Origin: a virus
Taxonomy: Duplodnaviria; Caudoviricetes
Length of the DNA: 40,868 bases
Strand: one strand, 5' to 3'
Virus record (IMG/VR): IMGVR_UViG_3300032239_001397
Span: 1-40,868 of that record
Shown here: positions 17,679 through 27,891 of the stretch, piece by piece
Layout of the letters: every line of letters begins with the position of its first letter
Position numbering within the stretch: the stretch's first letter is position 1
Position numbers and translations under genes: made by a program
The notes under the pieces: generated by a model
Seen by the model: the letters and a program-made list of their open reading frames with translations, nothing else
What the model was told of the DNA's origin: nothing
Databases searched by the model: none

Positions 17679-19124
17679 TCAAAATTTCCTATCCGATAAA
17701 GACACGTTGTCTAAAGATGCTCCGTTGATAACTATATCTGCGCTTAACGTACCGGACAATTCGTAAATTCTATCTCTTAATTTTTTTGTTTGTCCAAGAC
17801 GACGGAATATAACTTTTTTAGAATATTCTCCTACTTTTCCGATACTTGCAGGTTTTTCTTGCGACCAAGTATGCCCACCGTCATCAGACCAACGTAAATA
17901 GATTTGAGGATCCAAAGGATTTCCATAATTATCATAATATTGAGTGTCAGCTGCTGTTTGACAATCTACCCTCAAAGAATGATGTTGTGATCCTTTTAAA
18001 TCATCCGTACCAGGTGACAATGCTCTCCAAGAACGCAACCACTTACCACCTCCAAATTGGTTGTCAGAAAATATGGAAATCATCCCGTAAATATCACCTA
18101 CAAAGTTAGTATTGTTAAAAAAACAATGACAATTTATTTCGTAGCGTTTAAATTTACCAGTATATGTATCAAATCTAGCTCTCTCATGCCAAGAATCAGT
18201 TGTTAAATCATAAACCCAAGTAGCATCGTCAGAGGGAAAAGTTAAAACATAGAAAGAGTGACCATTTCTCTTATAAGAGAAAGCTTGTGCGTCAGATACA
18301 TCACCATATGTGTTAATTTGCCACTCAACAGCATTTGTGCTTATTTTTTGAGCTGAATACCCATTCGTTTTATAAATGCTATATGACCCTCTTTGGTCAG
18401 ATCCTAACCAAAAAATATCATTATCAAGCTTTACAGTTGAATATGTAGCTGCGCAACCTGTTTCGATAAAAGCACCTTGAAGTCTTTGAAAAGGAAAATC
18501 AGCACCACCTGCGTTATACCAAACCTCAATCGAGTTGGTTCCAAATAACCAAATTTCCCTATGGTTGACAACAAGGGAAACGAGATTATCGGGTAACCCT
18601 TCAGCACTTGCAAAATCTAAAGGATTCGTAGAAGTTCCATCTAAAAGACTAGTGACCCATAATTTTTGTGTATTTGGTTCAATATAAACAAAATATCCAT
18701 CTAGATAACCAACCGTTTTACAACCTGGAAAATTAGGATCGTAAAAACGAAGATCATATAACGTATTTGAAGTCAGATCGTAAACAAAACCTAAAGGTTC
18801 GGCAGAAATAAAAAGTTGATTTCCATTATCGACCATTGTAACAAGGGACGTACCGGGTATTTCAGTTATACGTAATTTTACATAATCGCTACCCATAGCA
18901 TAAAGATATTTACCATCAACTATAAATAATAAATCTTTAAAAACATACAATCCTCGAATAGGGCCGAGAGCGACAGCTTTTATTACCGTATCTGGGATAC
19001 CTTTTAAAAACCCTGCTTCTTTACCACCTTCGGCATTTAATTCCGGATACAAGTTGACCATACGGTTGCAAGCAGCGTTGGTACTAACTGCAACATATGA
19101 ACCACCCAATATCGGAGTTTTCAT
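17679..19124 (-). CDS. Packaged-DNA stabilisation / tail hub protein (P22 gp10-like)
   Basis: RMVNLYPE, DGYF, FASAEGLPD, WSDDGGHTWS; 481 aa; conserved position. Confidence 0.88.
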   Translation of the reverse strand: MKTPILGGSYVAVSTNAACNRMVNLYPELNAEGGKEAGFLKGIPDTVIKAVALGPIRGLYVFKDLLFIVDGKYLYAMGSDYVKLRITEIPGTSLVTMVDNGNQLFISAEPLGFVYDLTSNTLYDLRFYDPNFPGCKTVGYLDGYFVYIEPNTQKLWVTSLLDGTSTNPLDFASAEGLPDNLVSLVVNHREIWLFGTNSIEVWYNAGGADFPFQRLQGAFIETGCAATYSTVKLDNDIFWLGSDQRGSYSIYKTNGYSAQKISTNAVEWQINTYGDVSDAQAFSYKRNGHSFYVLTFPSDDATWVYDLTTDSWHERARFDTYTGKFKRYEINCHCFFNNTNFVGDIYGMISIFSDNQFGGGKWLRSWRALSPGTDDLKGSQHHSLRVDCQTAADTQYYDNYGNPLDPQIYLRWSDDGGHTWSQEKPASIGKVGEYSKKVIFRRLGQTKKLRDRIYELSGTLSADIVINGASLDNVSLSDRKF

Positions 19125-19831
19125 TGGTAATTATCCGAGTAAATGTTGTACCGCAAACCGCTGCCGATAGGACTTTTGAGCTCGTTATTCGATTGGTTTA
19201 ACCGACGGATCTTCTCTTTTGTATCCACTGCCACACGAAGGATGTCGTTTGATACAGGAACACCGTATTCAGGAGCCAACAGAGTTGCCAGATTGAACCT
19301 AAACGCTTGTGCATACCCTTGTGGGAAAGATAATACCGTCGTCAAATTCGCAGGTTGTGTAAGCTCACGCCGACTGAAAAGGTTAAGCTCTTTGGTCAAC
19401 GTCAATTTCGGAAAAATGTTCAATTCCGCATTCGGAAAATTGTAATTTACATACATCATTTCAGGAAACGTTGCGGTAACGTTCGGATAGGCAACGGAGT
19501 AAAACTCTTTTTCCCCTACGATGCGGGGCGTATAGCGGATGTTTTTAGTGGTATCACGAAAGAAGGTTGCAGCACTGACATCTAACGGTCGATAACCAAC
19601 TAATGTTCCGGTTGGTCCTACCGTAACCTGATCCGTGTTAGCAGGCCACGTTAGGATTTGAACATCAAGATCGTATAACAAGATACCTTCAAGTGCCCAA
19701 GAATCAATCATTTGGTTGACCGAAGTCAAAGCATCCATTGCCTCTTTGGCAGTCAGAGTCTCACCGTCCGCGATAACACCGGCTAAACGCATTGCGCCAT
19801 CAATAATCTCTTGGACGGTTGTCATCGACAC
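19121..19831 (-). CDS. Head-to-tail adaptor (P22 gp4-like)
   Basis: TVQEIIDGAMRLAGV...NQMIDSW...FNLATLLAPEYG; lies between coat and gp10-like genes. Confidence 0.75.
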   Translation of the reverse strand: MSMTTVQEIIDGAMRLAGVIADGETLTAKEAMDALTSVNQMIDSWALEGILLYDLDVQILTWPANTDQVTVGPTGTLVGYRPLDVSAATFFRDTTKNIRYTPRIVGEKEFYSVAYPNVTATFPEMMYVNYNFPNAELNIFPKLTLTKELNLFSRRELTQPANLTTVLSFPQGYAQAFRFNLATLLAPEYGVPVSNDILRVAVDTKEKIRRLNQSNNELKSPIGSGLRYNIYSDNYQ

Positions 19832-20032
19832 TTACTCCAGAAAGGAAGGTTTCTCTTTCTTCGTTTTTACCGGTGTTTCTTCAATCGGCTCTTCAATTTC
19901 AGGTTCAACGGAAAGTTTTACAACCTCATACGGATCAAACTCTTCCCAACCGTTTTCTTCATCTTCTTTAGCTTCCGACAGAAGGGAAGCCACTTTAGTA
20001 CCATGCTTTGGATGACGCAGATAAATATGCAT
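19832..20032 (-). CDS. Small hypothetical protein
   Basis: IYLRHPKHGTKVA...EA..DEENGW; AGGGA upstream. Confidence 0.7.
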   Translation of the reverse strand: MHIYLRHPKHGTKVASLLSEAKEDEENGWEEFDPYEVVKLSVEPEIEEPIEETPVKTKKEKPSFLE

Positions 20033-20049
20033 ATGTCCCTCATATTAGT

Positions 20050-20083
20050 ACAACCGGTGACATGATGTCACCGGTTGTTTTTT
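20050..20083 (+). terminator. Strong hairpin after the capsid/decoration genes
   Basis: ACAACCGGTGACAT-G-ATGTCACCGGTTGT (14-bp arms); the T-run is on the plus-strand side. Confidence 0.7.
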
Positions 20084-20085
20084 CA

Positions 20086-20487
20086 TCAGACGATGCGATA
20101 GATCGTCCACGCACCCGTACCCGTTTTACGAAAACGTAAAACAGCAGAGCTGGTCACTGCAATCAAACCTGCACCGACCAAAGTAACACCGGTACCACCG
20201 GCTACCGTAATAGTACCGGTTGAGGTTCCGAGGTTGATGATGCCCAACTCAAACGAGGTGTTTACCTGAGCGTTCGGAAAAGCAGTATCCAACGCAGCAG
20301 CAGTCGGAGTCGTGTAGGTTGCGGCAGTCGTACTCGGGTTACCGACCAGCAAACGATACGACAATTGAGCAATCGTCAAAGTTGCCGTAGCCGTTGCAGT
20401 TTGCGGGGTGGGTTGAGTAATTACTACCGGGGTGTTCGGGTTGCCGTCATTTAACTGCAAACCTTGACCATATACGCCATAAGCCAT
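20086..20487 (-). CDS. Putative capsid decoration / minor structural protein
   Basis: T/A/G-rich 133 aa directly after the coat gene; AAGGA ribosome-binding site. Confidence 0.6.
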   Translation of the reverse strand: MAYGVYGQGLQLNDGNPNTPVVITQPTPQTATATATLTIAQLSYRLLVGNPSTTAATYTTPTAAALDTAFPNAQVNTSFELGIINLGTSTGTITVAGGTGVTLVGAGLIAVTSSAVLRFRKTGTGAWTIYRIV

Positions 20488-20517
20488 GTGTTTGTCCTTT
20501 TTAGGTTAAGTTTGAAG

Positions 20518-21741
20518 TTAAGCTTGAGCACCCCAGATGCGTACAGCACCCAAAGGACGAAGAGAACCATCACCTGCAAGTATGTCAAAACGAAGGGGGT
20601 GAGTGTCGTTGTTGATGTCATAGTTTTTGACGATCCGCATGCTGACACCTTTGTAGTTTTCACGCTTCGCGAACTCAACGTTTTGCGGAAGCGCAAGGTC
20701 AGCAGTGACGAAATACAGAGCGTCTTCATGCAGAGCCAGAGATTGCTGATAAGCAGTCGACGGAGCACCGATCATCGTCACAGCAGCACCGGATTGCGGC
20801 AGTGCGGTCACGGTCGAATAGGTTCCTGCCGCAGAAGTCATCTCCGGGAAAACAGTCAACGTGATCGTAGTACCGGAAGTTACAGTGGTGGTTGACTGAA
20901 CCGAAAACTGACGAAGAACACCGGTGCTGGTACGGGTCAACGGGTTAACCGAGTTAACACCTGCGATCGTAAACACATCACCACGGTTGAAGGTATAAGT
21001 ACCCGAGCTAAACGCCAAAGTAATTTGGTTCGCACCCTCAGTCGTAACCGTTGAACTGACCGTAATACCCGAAGCCGGAAACGATCCGCAAACATGGTTC
21101 GGAAGAGATGCAGTCACCGAAATTTCTTTGTAACCCAACACGTTTTCAGCAAACAAGCCGGAATTGAACTGCCGAGTCAGTTTATCCACCGGATTAAACA
21201 GACCTTGCAGGGCCGGGATCAAAGTGGTGTTCGCAGTCGGGTTCAACAACAGACTGATTTTCGGACTGTTACCATAACCTTCTTGACGAAAACGCTCCAT
21301 AGCTTGCAGCAGAACGTTCGTACCGGCAGGGCTGGTGCCCGGAGTACCGACAGTCGTCGGAATACGCCAGTAGTTGCTCAGAACCTGCACGTCCATATCC
21401 GAGGCAAGCTGTTCCATACGAGGAGCAAGCACGCGCTCTTCAAAGTCGTCCATTTTCAAAGCAAGCTCGGCGCTGGCAAAGTTCACCGACGCTTGGTATT
21501 GTTCGGTCACGGTAACCGGGACTGACCGTTGCTCGGCGTCACGAACTTGCAACGCTGCACCACGGGAAGTCAGCACACGTTCCGGCAAACGGACACTCAG
21601 AGTGTCACCGATTTTACCGCCGGTGCTTGCAAACTGTGAGTCATATTGACGATTGACCGCACGAAGGGCAACGTAGTTGTTGCTCAACAGCGCTAGCGGT
21701 TTTTTCGTTAATATGGAATTAGTAAGTAAGGTATTGCTCAT
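20518..21741 (-). CDS. Major capsid protein (P22 coat-like)
   Basis: MSNTLLT...VNRQYDSQF...KIGDTLSVRLP...RFDIL.G; 407 aa; follows the scaffold gene. Confidence 0.92.
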   Translation of the reverse strand: MSNTLLTNSILTKKPLALLSNNYVALRAVNRQYDSQFASTGGKIGDTLSVRLPERVLTSRGAALQVRDAEQRSVPVTVTEQYQASVNFASAELALKMDDFEERVLAPRMEQLASDMDVQVLSNYWRIPTTVGTPGTSPAGTNVLLQAMERFRQEGYGNSPKISLLLNPTANTTLIPALQGLFNPVDKLTRQFNSGLFAENVLGYKEISVTASLPNHVCGSFPASGITVSSTVTTEGANQITLAFSSGTYTFNRGDVFTIAGVNSVNPLTRTSTGVLRQFSVQSTTTVTSGTTITLTVFPEMTSAAGTYSTVTALPQSGAAVTMIGAPSTAYQQSLALHEDALYFVTADLALPQNVEFAKRENYKGVSMRIVKNYDINNDTHPLRFDILAGDGSLRPLGAVRIWGAQA

Positions 21742-21765
21742 GGAGGATCCTTAAAGGGTTGAACC

Positions 21766-22491
21766 TCAAAGTCTAGAAGCTACTTTCTTTTTCCAAGCCT
21801 GAACCCAATCTTCCATTGATACGTCTTCATCGGGGTTGTCAACGTCAATGATCCTAGAATCACCACCTTTAACAGGTTTAATCGGGGGAGGAGCTTTTGA
21901 AGAAGTCACTTTAGCCTTTTCGGTTTTGGTTTGATCTTTTAACTCTTTTTTCACCGTTTCTTCAAGCAACGCCATTTCACGAGCTTGTTTTAACGGTGTC
22001 ATTTTGGAGATTTTATAGGCAAGATCAGGATTATTAGCGAGGTAATAAGTGACATCTGCAAAATTAGGAGAGTCGATGACCGATTCTACCATCTCAGTCG
22101 TAAAGTGCAGATCTTTTTTGTTTATAACCTCGTAATAATCATCATACTTGTCCGCAGCCTCGTCTTTTTTGTTTTGCAAAGTCCGTTGAAACACCATCTG
22201 CTCAGCGCGACGGGAGGCTTCAAAATCCACACGAGCTTGGATATACGAGTCGGTGTCTTTAAATTGTTCCGGTCTCGGTTCTTCCAAACCATATGTCGAT
22301 TGTTGAGCTCTTGTTAGTTCTTCACGTTCACGAGCAAACTTTTTTCGTTCACGACTAAGTCGCTTTTCGACGATTTCGTCCAGTTGACGTTGCGTCAGTT
22401 GCTGAACTTCTTCCGCCTTTTCTTCGGTAGGCGTACCCGCAATCTCTTCGTCGGTCGTGATCTCTTGGACTTCTTGATTTTCAGTGCTCAT
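21766..22491 (-). CDS. Scaffolding protein
   Basis: Acidic N-terminus, coiled coil, YYLANNP, SKAPPPIKPV; precedes the coat gene. Confidence 0.8.
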   Translation of the reverse strand: MSTENQEVQEITTDEEIAGTPTEEKAEEVQQLTQRQLDEIVEKRLSRERKKFAREREELTRAQQSTYGLEEPRPEQFKDTDSYIQARVDFEASRRAEQMVFQRTLQNKKDEAADKYDDYYEVINKKDLHFTTEMVESVIDSPNFADVTYYLANNPDLAYKISKMTPLKQAREMALLEETVKKELKDQTKTEKAKVTSSKAPPPIKPVKGGDSRIIDVDNPDEDVSMEDWVQAWKKKVASRL

Positions 22492-22578
22492 TTAGTTCCC
22501 GAATCGTTGGATTCACCCGATGAGCTTCACCGGTAACATATCGTTAACATAGTTTATGATATGTTTCAAACAATTTCT

Positions 22579-23511
22579 TTAAATGCTCAAATCATAAAAT
22601 GCTTGAAAATAATTTTCAATTGATAACAAAGTAACATCATCAATACAATTATTATAAACATATAATTCTGAAATATAACTAGAACCAGTGATCGGTTGAA
22701 TTTGAATATTAGGTATATTTTTTAAACTTCCGGTAGTCATAGTTGCCGAACCATCATTAACTTTATTAATTCGTAACGTCACCAATCCTGTAGAAGCATC
22801 ACGACGGAGGACGACTAATTTAGGATCTGTAAATGCTGACACTACGCTATAAGTACCTTGAAGAAAATTATCGGCTCCTCCTGCGGTACCCATTCCGACC
22901 CAAAGAAAGCTAGAATCAATTCCTAAACACAAATCATCATTACCGGTTCCGATTTTACCATTTATTAAAAAAGCTGATCCGTTGGTTCTCCAATTTGCAC
23001 TTGTGACGTTAGCACCACCGATGTTAAACCTAACAAGCGCAATCCACGTAAAGCTCCCGTCAAATGTGTTCACATGCTGAAAAGAACCCATTTGAAAACA
23101 AGGAAAAATCCCTGCACCGGTCATTAAAAAATAAGGTTGAGAAAAACCAGGTGCGATAAAAGAATTTGATATACCTGTTAAATTAACATTAGGGTTAACT
23201 TGGTTATACCAAGTTGTCATTTGAACACCGTCTGAATTGCTATAAGACGGAAGAGAAGGAACAGCAGAAGGATCCCAATATCTTGTTTTGTAATCGTACG
23301 GTATTTGTAAACCTTCTATTGTCACCATTGAAAACTGACGACAGCTGGCCACAACCCTTTTATGAGAAACTATGATAACGGGGTTGTAAGGAAGTGTGTC
23401 AATGAACGTTTTAGCACCTGACGCAATCTGACATACTTCACCGGTCACATTTTCAGTTGTCGATGTGTTAAAAGGAAACACTAGACCAACACTCTTCCAA
23501 GAGATACCCAA
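22579..23511 (-). CDS. Concanavalin/LamG-like beta-sandwich protein (putative head appendage)
   Basis: FTWIALVR...VTLRINKVNDG...YISELYVYNNCI pattern; AT-rich coding. Confidence 0.55.
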   Translation of the reverse strand: MGISWKSVGLVFPFNTSTTENVTGEVCQIASGAKTFIDTLPYNPVIIVSHKRVVASCRQFSMVTIEGLQIPYDYKTRYWDPSAVPSLPSYSNSDGVQMTTWYNQVNPNVNLTGISNSFIAPGFSQPYFLMTGAGIFPCFQMGSFQHVNTFDGSFTWIALVRFNIGGANVTSANWRTNGSAFLINGKIGTGNDDLCLGIDSSFLWVGMGTAGGADNFLQGTYSVVSAFTDPKLVVLRRDASTGLVTLRINKVNDGSATMTTGSLKNIPNIQIQPITGSSYISELYVYNNCIDDVTLLSIENYFQAFYDLSI

Positions 23512-23828
23512 ACGTTAGAAGCTGATGTAGTGGTAGGTACGTTAACTGCTACCCTTAATTGACAAGGTGGTAAAGCAAAGTTACCCACTCCTGCGGCTGT
23601 TTTTGTGGTATCAACTCCGACGGTGAGCCAAGTCACGTTATCCGGACCAAGTACTTGCAATATGGCGTTACAACCTGCACCCGTAAAAGTTCCGGTTACC
23701 GACATAGTTCCCTGACCACCCGGCCAATCAACGCTACCTTTTGAAGTGGTTGGGTAATAAAAACTCCCGCCGGCTGACGAGGTTAAACCATTAACCAAAG
23801 TTTCTTGGTATGTAATTCGATTGCTCAT
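23481..23828 (-). CDS. Small beta-rich hypothetical protein
   Basis: WPGGQGTMSVTGTF.GA...LQVLGPD.VTW; overlaps the next gene. Confidence 0.65.
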   Translation of the reverse strand: MSNRITYQETLVNGLTSSAGGSFYYPTTSKGSVDWPGGQGTMSVTGTFTGAGCNAILQVLGPDNVTWLTVGVDTTKTAAGVGNFALPPCQLRVAVNVPTTTSASNVWVSLGRVLV

Positions 23829-23830
23829 CG

Positions 23831-23947
23831 TCAGACACCTTCCACAAGGATTAGCGTAACCACTTCCAGCAAAATAGCCATCCCTATGGCTCCTAAGATT
23901 GTAAAACCTGAAAACAACGATCCTACAAAAAACGCAATAAACAACAT
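23831..23947 (-). CDS. Very hydrophobic 38-aa peptide (absent from the ORF track)
   Basis: MLFIAFFVGSLFSGFTILGAIGMAILLEVVTLILVEGV fills the gap between portal and next gene. Confidence 0.55.
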   Translation of the reverse strand: MLFIAFFVGSLFSGFTILGAIGMAILLEVVTLILVEGV

Positions 23948-23948
23948 T

Positions 23949-26144
23949 TTACATATTTCCCTGATTCGGTTGATTCATTTGTTGATCTTGTGGTTGCGGT
24001 GCAGGTTGACCTTGATCCCCTTGCATTTGCGGAGCACCCTGTCCTTGAGTGTTTTGCATCTGCGATTGTATCGACAAATCACCTAATTGCAAAACTTCTT
24101 TCATGGTTTCCAGAGCCAACGATTTTACCTGCTGTTCGTCAAACCCACCTGCAATCGCAGATATCCGTTTGGTTTCCGCATCGTAGGCTTGGATCTTAAG
24201 CTTCTCAACTTCCAACGATTTGCCAAAGTTTTGAAGCATTTGTTGCATTTGCTCCATTTGCTGACCCATCTGCTGAATCTGCTGTTGTGCAGCTTGGAAT
24301 TCAGGGGTTTTGTCGTCACCTTGCAACAGTTTCGGATCCATGGATCGTTTCAACCGTTCTGCCATATCCGCAGCACCCGGCCAATCCATGTTTTTGACGA
24401 ACAGATCCCCTGCAATCATCCACAACTGCGGGTTTCCTTGCAGCAATTGAGCCATCGACTCCAATGCTTCCTGCCGTTTGGTCGCATAACCCGGTCCTGT
24501 GGTCACAATCAAATCGAATTGGCCGACGGTTAAGTTGTAAATCTTTTTTACCACGATTGCAGGGTTGTTTGGATCTTGGACCGGTGTCACACCTTGCGGT
24601 TGAGTCGGATCAATCTCAGCCAAATCGGTTTCACCGTCTTCCCCAATGATCCTCATGACCCGGTTCGTGTCATAAATTTTAGGAATCAGATCAACCAGTT
24701 GTTTTCCAACCGATCGGATCGATCTGGCAAAGTTGTCAACGTAATGAAACGTTCCCGTGTCACCCTCTTTTTGACGAGCCAGGATCGCTTTACCCGATCG
24801 TTCGTTACTGGTCATCCCCAACGAGGCATTGTATTGCCCCGTGGTATTCTTCATGTCCTCAGCAGCACCCTTTTTAGCTTCAATCAGGCCGACTTGGGCT
24901 TGCGGAGGTGCCGAGCGTTGCGGCAACGGCAATGTCGCTCCTGTACCGTCTTTCGCGTCGGCAGACACTTCCAAATAGGGCCAATTATGGGTGTTGGCCG
25001 TTTCCCATTTATTACGAAAAGCATCGAATTGACCCGAATACCCGATAAACGGAGCTTTCGGAGCCAATGCCAACATTTCGGCTTCCTGAGATGCCCAGTA
25101 ATTGTACATCCGTTGTGCGTCTTTGGCATTGCGCACCAAACCCGATACATGCACTTTACCGTCAATCTCAAATTCATTACCGACAACACGGACGACAGGG
25201 ATGTACTTTCCTGCCCATTCGGTCTCTTCCAGAATCTTGTAACCGTTGGTCAAACACCATTTAATGACACGACGGGTTGTCGGTCGTTCCCGAACAGGTT
25301 TACCAATTTGTTGTAACGCCTGTTTCGCTTCGTCGGAACTCTTTAAAAACACGTTCCCATTGCCGTAATCGCACAATGTGTCTTTTTTGTCTTCAATATA
25401 AAAATACTCGGCAATCCGTACCTGTTCCTGATCGCCCCAGTACATACGATCCGGATCATTGATTCCGGATTGACTAAAGTAAAAATACTCTTCCTGATCC
25501 GGATACCGTTTTCTGAATTCATCCCTCGGAACAGATGAGCTGATAAAACACCAACGCGCATCCATTCCTGTGGGATCGTCGATGTTCGGATCCATGTACA
25601 CGGAAAACGAATTCCGAACACGGTCGATTTTGATCTCTTGATCAAAAGAGTTCTCATCCGCATATTCAGTGCGAATACGAATGTACCCTTCACCGATCAC
25701 CAATTGGTTCTCACATGCCGAGTCATAGGCTACGTCAGCAGATGACCGGTGTTCAATGTACCGAATAATACCGTTGAACACTTTAGCCAGTTCTACATCG
25801 CCTTTATCGTCGACGGGGACCACTTTAACCGAAGGTCTGTTTTGACGTTGGTCGTTGGTCACCTGTTTGACGTGTTGCGGCAGTTTGTTGATCGTCAACA
25901 TCGGCCGATTGAACGTACTTCCGTTACTACCACGAGTGCGAACGGCATAATCAGGCCATTGGTAATTATTATCCGGCGACCCGGCCATAAACTTCAAATC
26001 GTTCAGCTGAACGGTTCGATTATGCGAGTGGGCGGAGACGGCCGCAGTAAACCGCTTGCGCATGAGCACCAGACGATTGTCGTCATCGGTCATTACGCTG
26101 TCATGAGAATCCTTCGGTTTTACTGCGTCCGGTAATTCGATCAT
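23949..26144 (-). CDS. Portal protein (P22-like)
   Basis: RPMLTINKLPQHVKQVTNDQRQNRP, GLVRNAKDAQRMYNYW, SGKAILARQ, Q-rich barrel tail; 731 aa. Confidence 0.95.
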   Translation of the reverse strand: MIELPDAVKPKDSHDSVMTDDDNRLVLMRKRFTAAVSAHSHNRTVQLNDLKFMAGSPDNNYQWPDYAVRTRGSNGSTFNRPMLTINKLPQHVKQVTNDQRQNRPSVKVVPVDDKGDVELAKVFNGIIRYIEHRSSADVAYDSACENQLVIGEGYIRIRTEYADENSFDQEIKIDRVRNSFSVYMDPNIDDPTGMDARWCFISSSVPRDEFRKRYPDQEEYFYFSQSGINDPDRMYWGDQEQVRIAEYFYIEDKKDTLCDYGNGNVFLKSSDEAKQALQQIGKPVRERPTTRRVIKWCLTNGYKILEETEWAGKYIPVVRVVGNEFEIDGKVHVSGLVRNAKDAQRMYNYWASQEAEMLALAPKAPFIGYSGQFDAFRNKWETANTHNWPYLEVSADAKDGTGATLPLPQRSAPPQAQVGLIEAKKGAAEDMKNTTGQYNASLGMTSNERSGKAILARQKEGDTGTFHYVDNFARSIRSVGKQLVDLIPKIYDTNRVMRIIGEDGETDLAEIDPTQPQGVTPVQDPNNPAIVVKKIYNLTVGQFDLIVTTGPGYATKRQEALESMAQLLQGNPQLWMIAGDLFVKNMDWPGAADMAERLKRSMDPKLLQGDDKTPEFQAAQQQIQQMGQQMEQMQQMLQNFGKSLEVEKLKIQAYDAETKRISAIAGGFDEQQVKSLALETMKEVLQLGDLSIQSQMQNTQGQGAPQMQGDQGQPAPQPQDQQMNQPNQGNM

Positions 26145-26374
26145 TGTCCGTCTTGATCCTTGTCCTGTTTAAACAAAGTCAAGGTCGAGTTCACTTTGGG
26201 TTTTTTCATTTTCATGGTGGAAACCTTAGCGTTAGATGACGCTTTGGATTTTTTACCACGCTTTTGAGGAATGACCGACGATCCGGGAGCAGGTGCATCC
26301 GCTAGCATGTTCATCGGTGCTTTGGTGACTTTGGTTGGTTTACCAGGCATTTTACCCATCAGAAAGCCATCCAT
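26141..26374 (-). CDS. Small basic hypothetical protein
   Basis: K-rich ORF overlapping terL and portal ends. Confidence 0.6.
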   Translation of the reverse strand: MDGFLMGKMPGKPTKVTKAPMNMLADAPAPGSSVIPQKRGKKSKASSNAKVSTMKMKKPKVNSTLTLFKQDKDQDGQ

Positions 26375-27891
26375 GATTGATACGACGTGTCGCCATAATA
26401 ATCACTTTCTTGAAAAACTCTATTATTTTTATTTTCCATCGGGACAAACACATCGTATGCAAACGTCACCGCTAATGCGTCTGCCATATCCGGTGATGAC
26501 ACCGACCGTGTTCGCGTATCCTCTTTGATCATCAGTTTCATTTGACCCAACGATCCTTTTTTATCTTCACGAGCGGTGAGTAGTTCTTCTCTCAGTTGGC
26601 GGTTCAAAGGCAAATGCGCATCTTTCAACCAATCCTTCATGTTATCCCACATTTCCACTCGCTTGTTGGCCCATACTGCCTTGTTAGACGACGACCAACC
26701 GAAGTTGACTCCTCTGGCTTTGTAACCTTGCTCCTTGATCCGATCAATGACACCTTTACCGCAACCTCCTTCATCCACCACCGTCAGGTTCGGATTATGT
26801 TTCCGAATCATGGAAATGACTTCCCCGACAACCTCCATCAAATCATCCGTTTTGAATCTCTTTAAGTCGATCACGTCTCTTCCTTTACGGACGACGATCG
26901 CTGCATGATCCCTACCCCCTGCGGCAGGATCAACTCCTATGACCACAACCGCATCAGGGTCGTTGTGCTTCGGTCGACCCATCGCATCGTCGATCAGTTG
27001 TTCCGGAATGAAGTGAACGTCATCAATCCTCGGAAACTGCCCGTAAACCTCGATACGAGCCTCATCGCTGTCTTCCCCGTTATCGGCTATGATCTCTTCG
27101 TAAATCTTCTTGTCGGTGTCTTCTACGAGCCGTGCGTCGATGTGCTCATAAGTCCATCCCTGCTTCTTGTTTTTAAAGATATCGTAGAAATATCCCTCCG
27201 AGTTCCGTCCGTTCGAGAAGGCGAACTGAAACCTGTTGGGTGTAGGATCGGTTAAGAACCCCCGTGCCGTTTCCCAAATGACCGAGGGAATACCGCTGGC
27301 TTCATCAAACAGAAGCATGGTGCCGATCATATTGTGTGCACCCGCATACGAGTTGGGGTTCTCTTCCGACCAGAGTTTACCCTCGGCATACCACTGGCGT
27401 GTACCGATGCCGAGGTCGCGCTCTACGACGGTGGCTAACCACTGCGTCGGTGCGATCTTGAGGGATGAGATATCAAACCAATGCGAATGGATTGCAAGTG
27501 TCGACCATTTGACAAGCTCACCCCACGTATAGGACTTAAGCTGAGCTTCGCTGTTGGCCGACACTATGGTGGATGATCCGATCCGTGTCGACATCATCCA
27601 CAGAATGAGCCATGCAACCAACGATGATTTACCGATACCGCGTCCCGAGCACACGGCATGTTTCATCACCTCAAAATCATCTTTGTTCCCTGCCGCATTG
27701 TTCCGTGCGACGTGGGCAGCAATCCGACGGAGGATCTTGCGCTGCCATACTTTAGGACCGGTGAAATGTTCGAGTGGGGTATTCTTTTTACCCCACGGGA
27801 AAACGTATTGAACGAAAGCTTCCGGATCGTTCCTAATGCGCTGTGACATTAGGGCGGCCATTAAGCGTTGCTCTTCTTCTGCCGAAGCCAT
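26359..27891 (-). CDS. terL: Terminase large subunit
   Basis: SGRGIGKS (Walker A), LLFDEASG (Walker B), GVDPA and SPDMADAL nuclease motifs. Confidence 0.95.
   Translation of the reverse strand: MASAEEEQRLMAALMSQRIRNDPEAFVQYVFPWGKKNTPLEHFTGPKVWQRKILRRIAAHVARNNAAGNKDDFEVMKHAVCSGRGIGKSSLVAWLILWMMSTRIGSSTIVSANSEAQLKSYTWGELVKWSTLAIHSHWFDISSLKIAPTQWLATVVERDLGIGTRQWYAEGKLWSEENPNSYAGAHNMIGTMLLFDEASGIPSVIWETARGFLTDPTPNRFQFAFSNGRNSEGYFYDIFKNKKQGWTYEHIDARLVEDTDKKIYEEIIADNGEDSDEARIEVYGQFPRIDDVHFIPEQLIDDAMGRPKHNDPDAVVVIGVDPAAGGRDHAAIVVRKGRDVIDLKRFKTDDLMEVVGEVISMIRKHNPNLTVVDEGGCGKGVIDRIKEQGYKARGVNFGWSSSNKAVWANKRVEMWDNMKDWLKDAHLPLNRQLREELLTAREDKKGSLGQMKLMIKEDTRTRSVSSPDMADALAVTFAYDVFVPMENKNNRVFQESDYYGDTSYQSWMAF

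Noticed and set aside
24576-25316. 246-aa plus-strand ORF within the portal gene
   Set aside because: Antisense shadow of a codon-biased gene; no protein-like features
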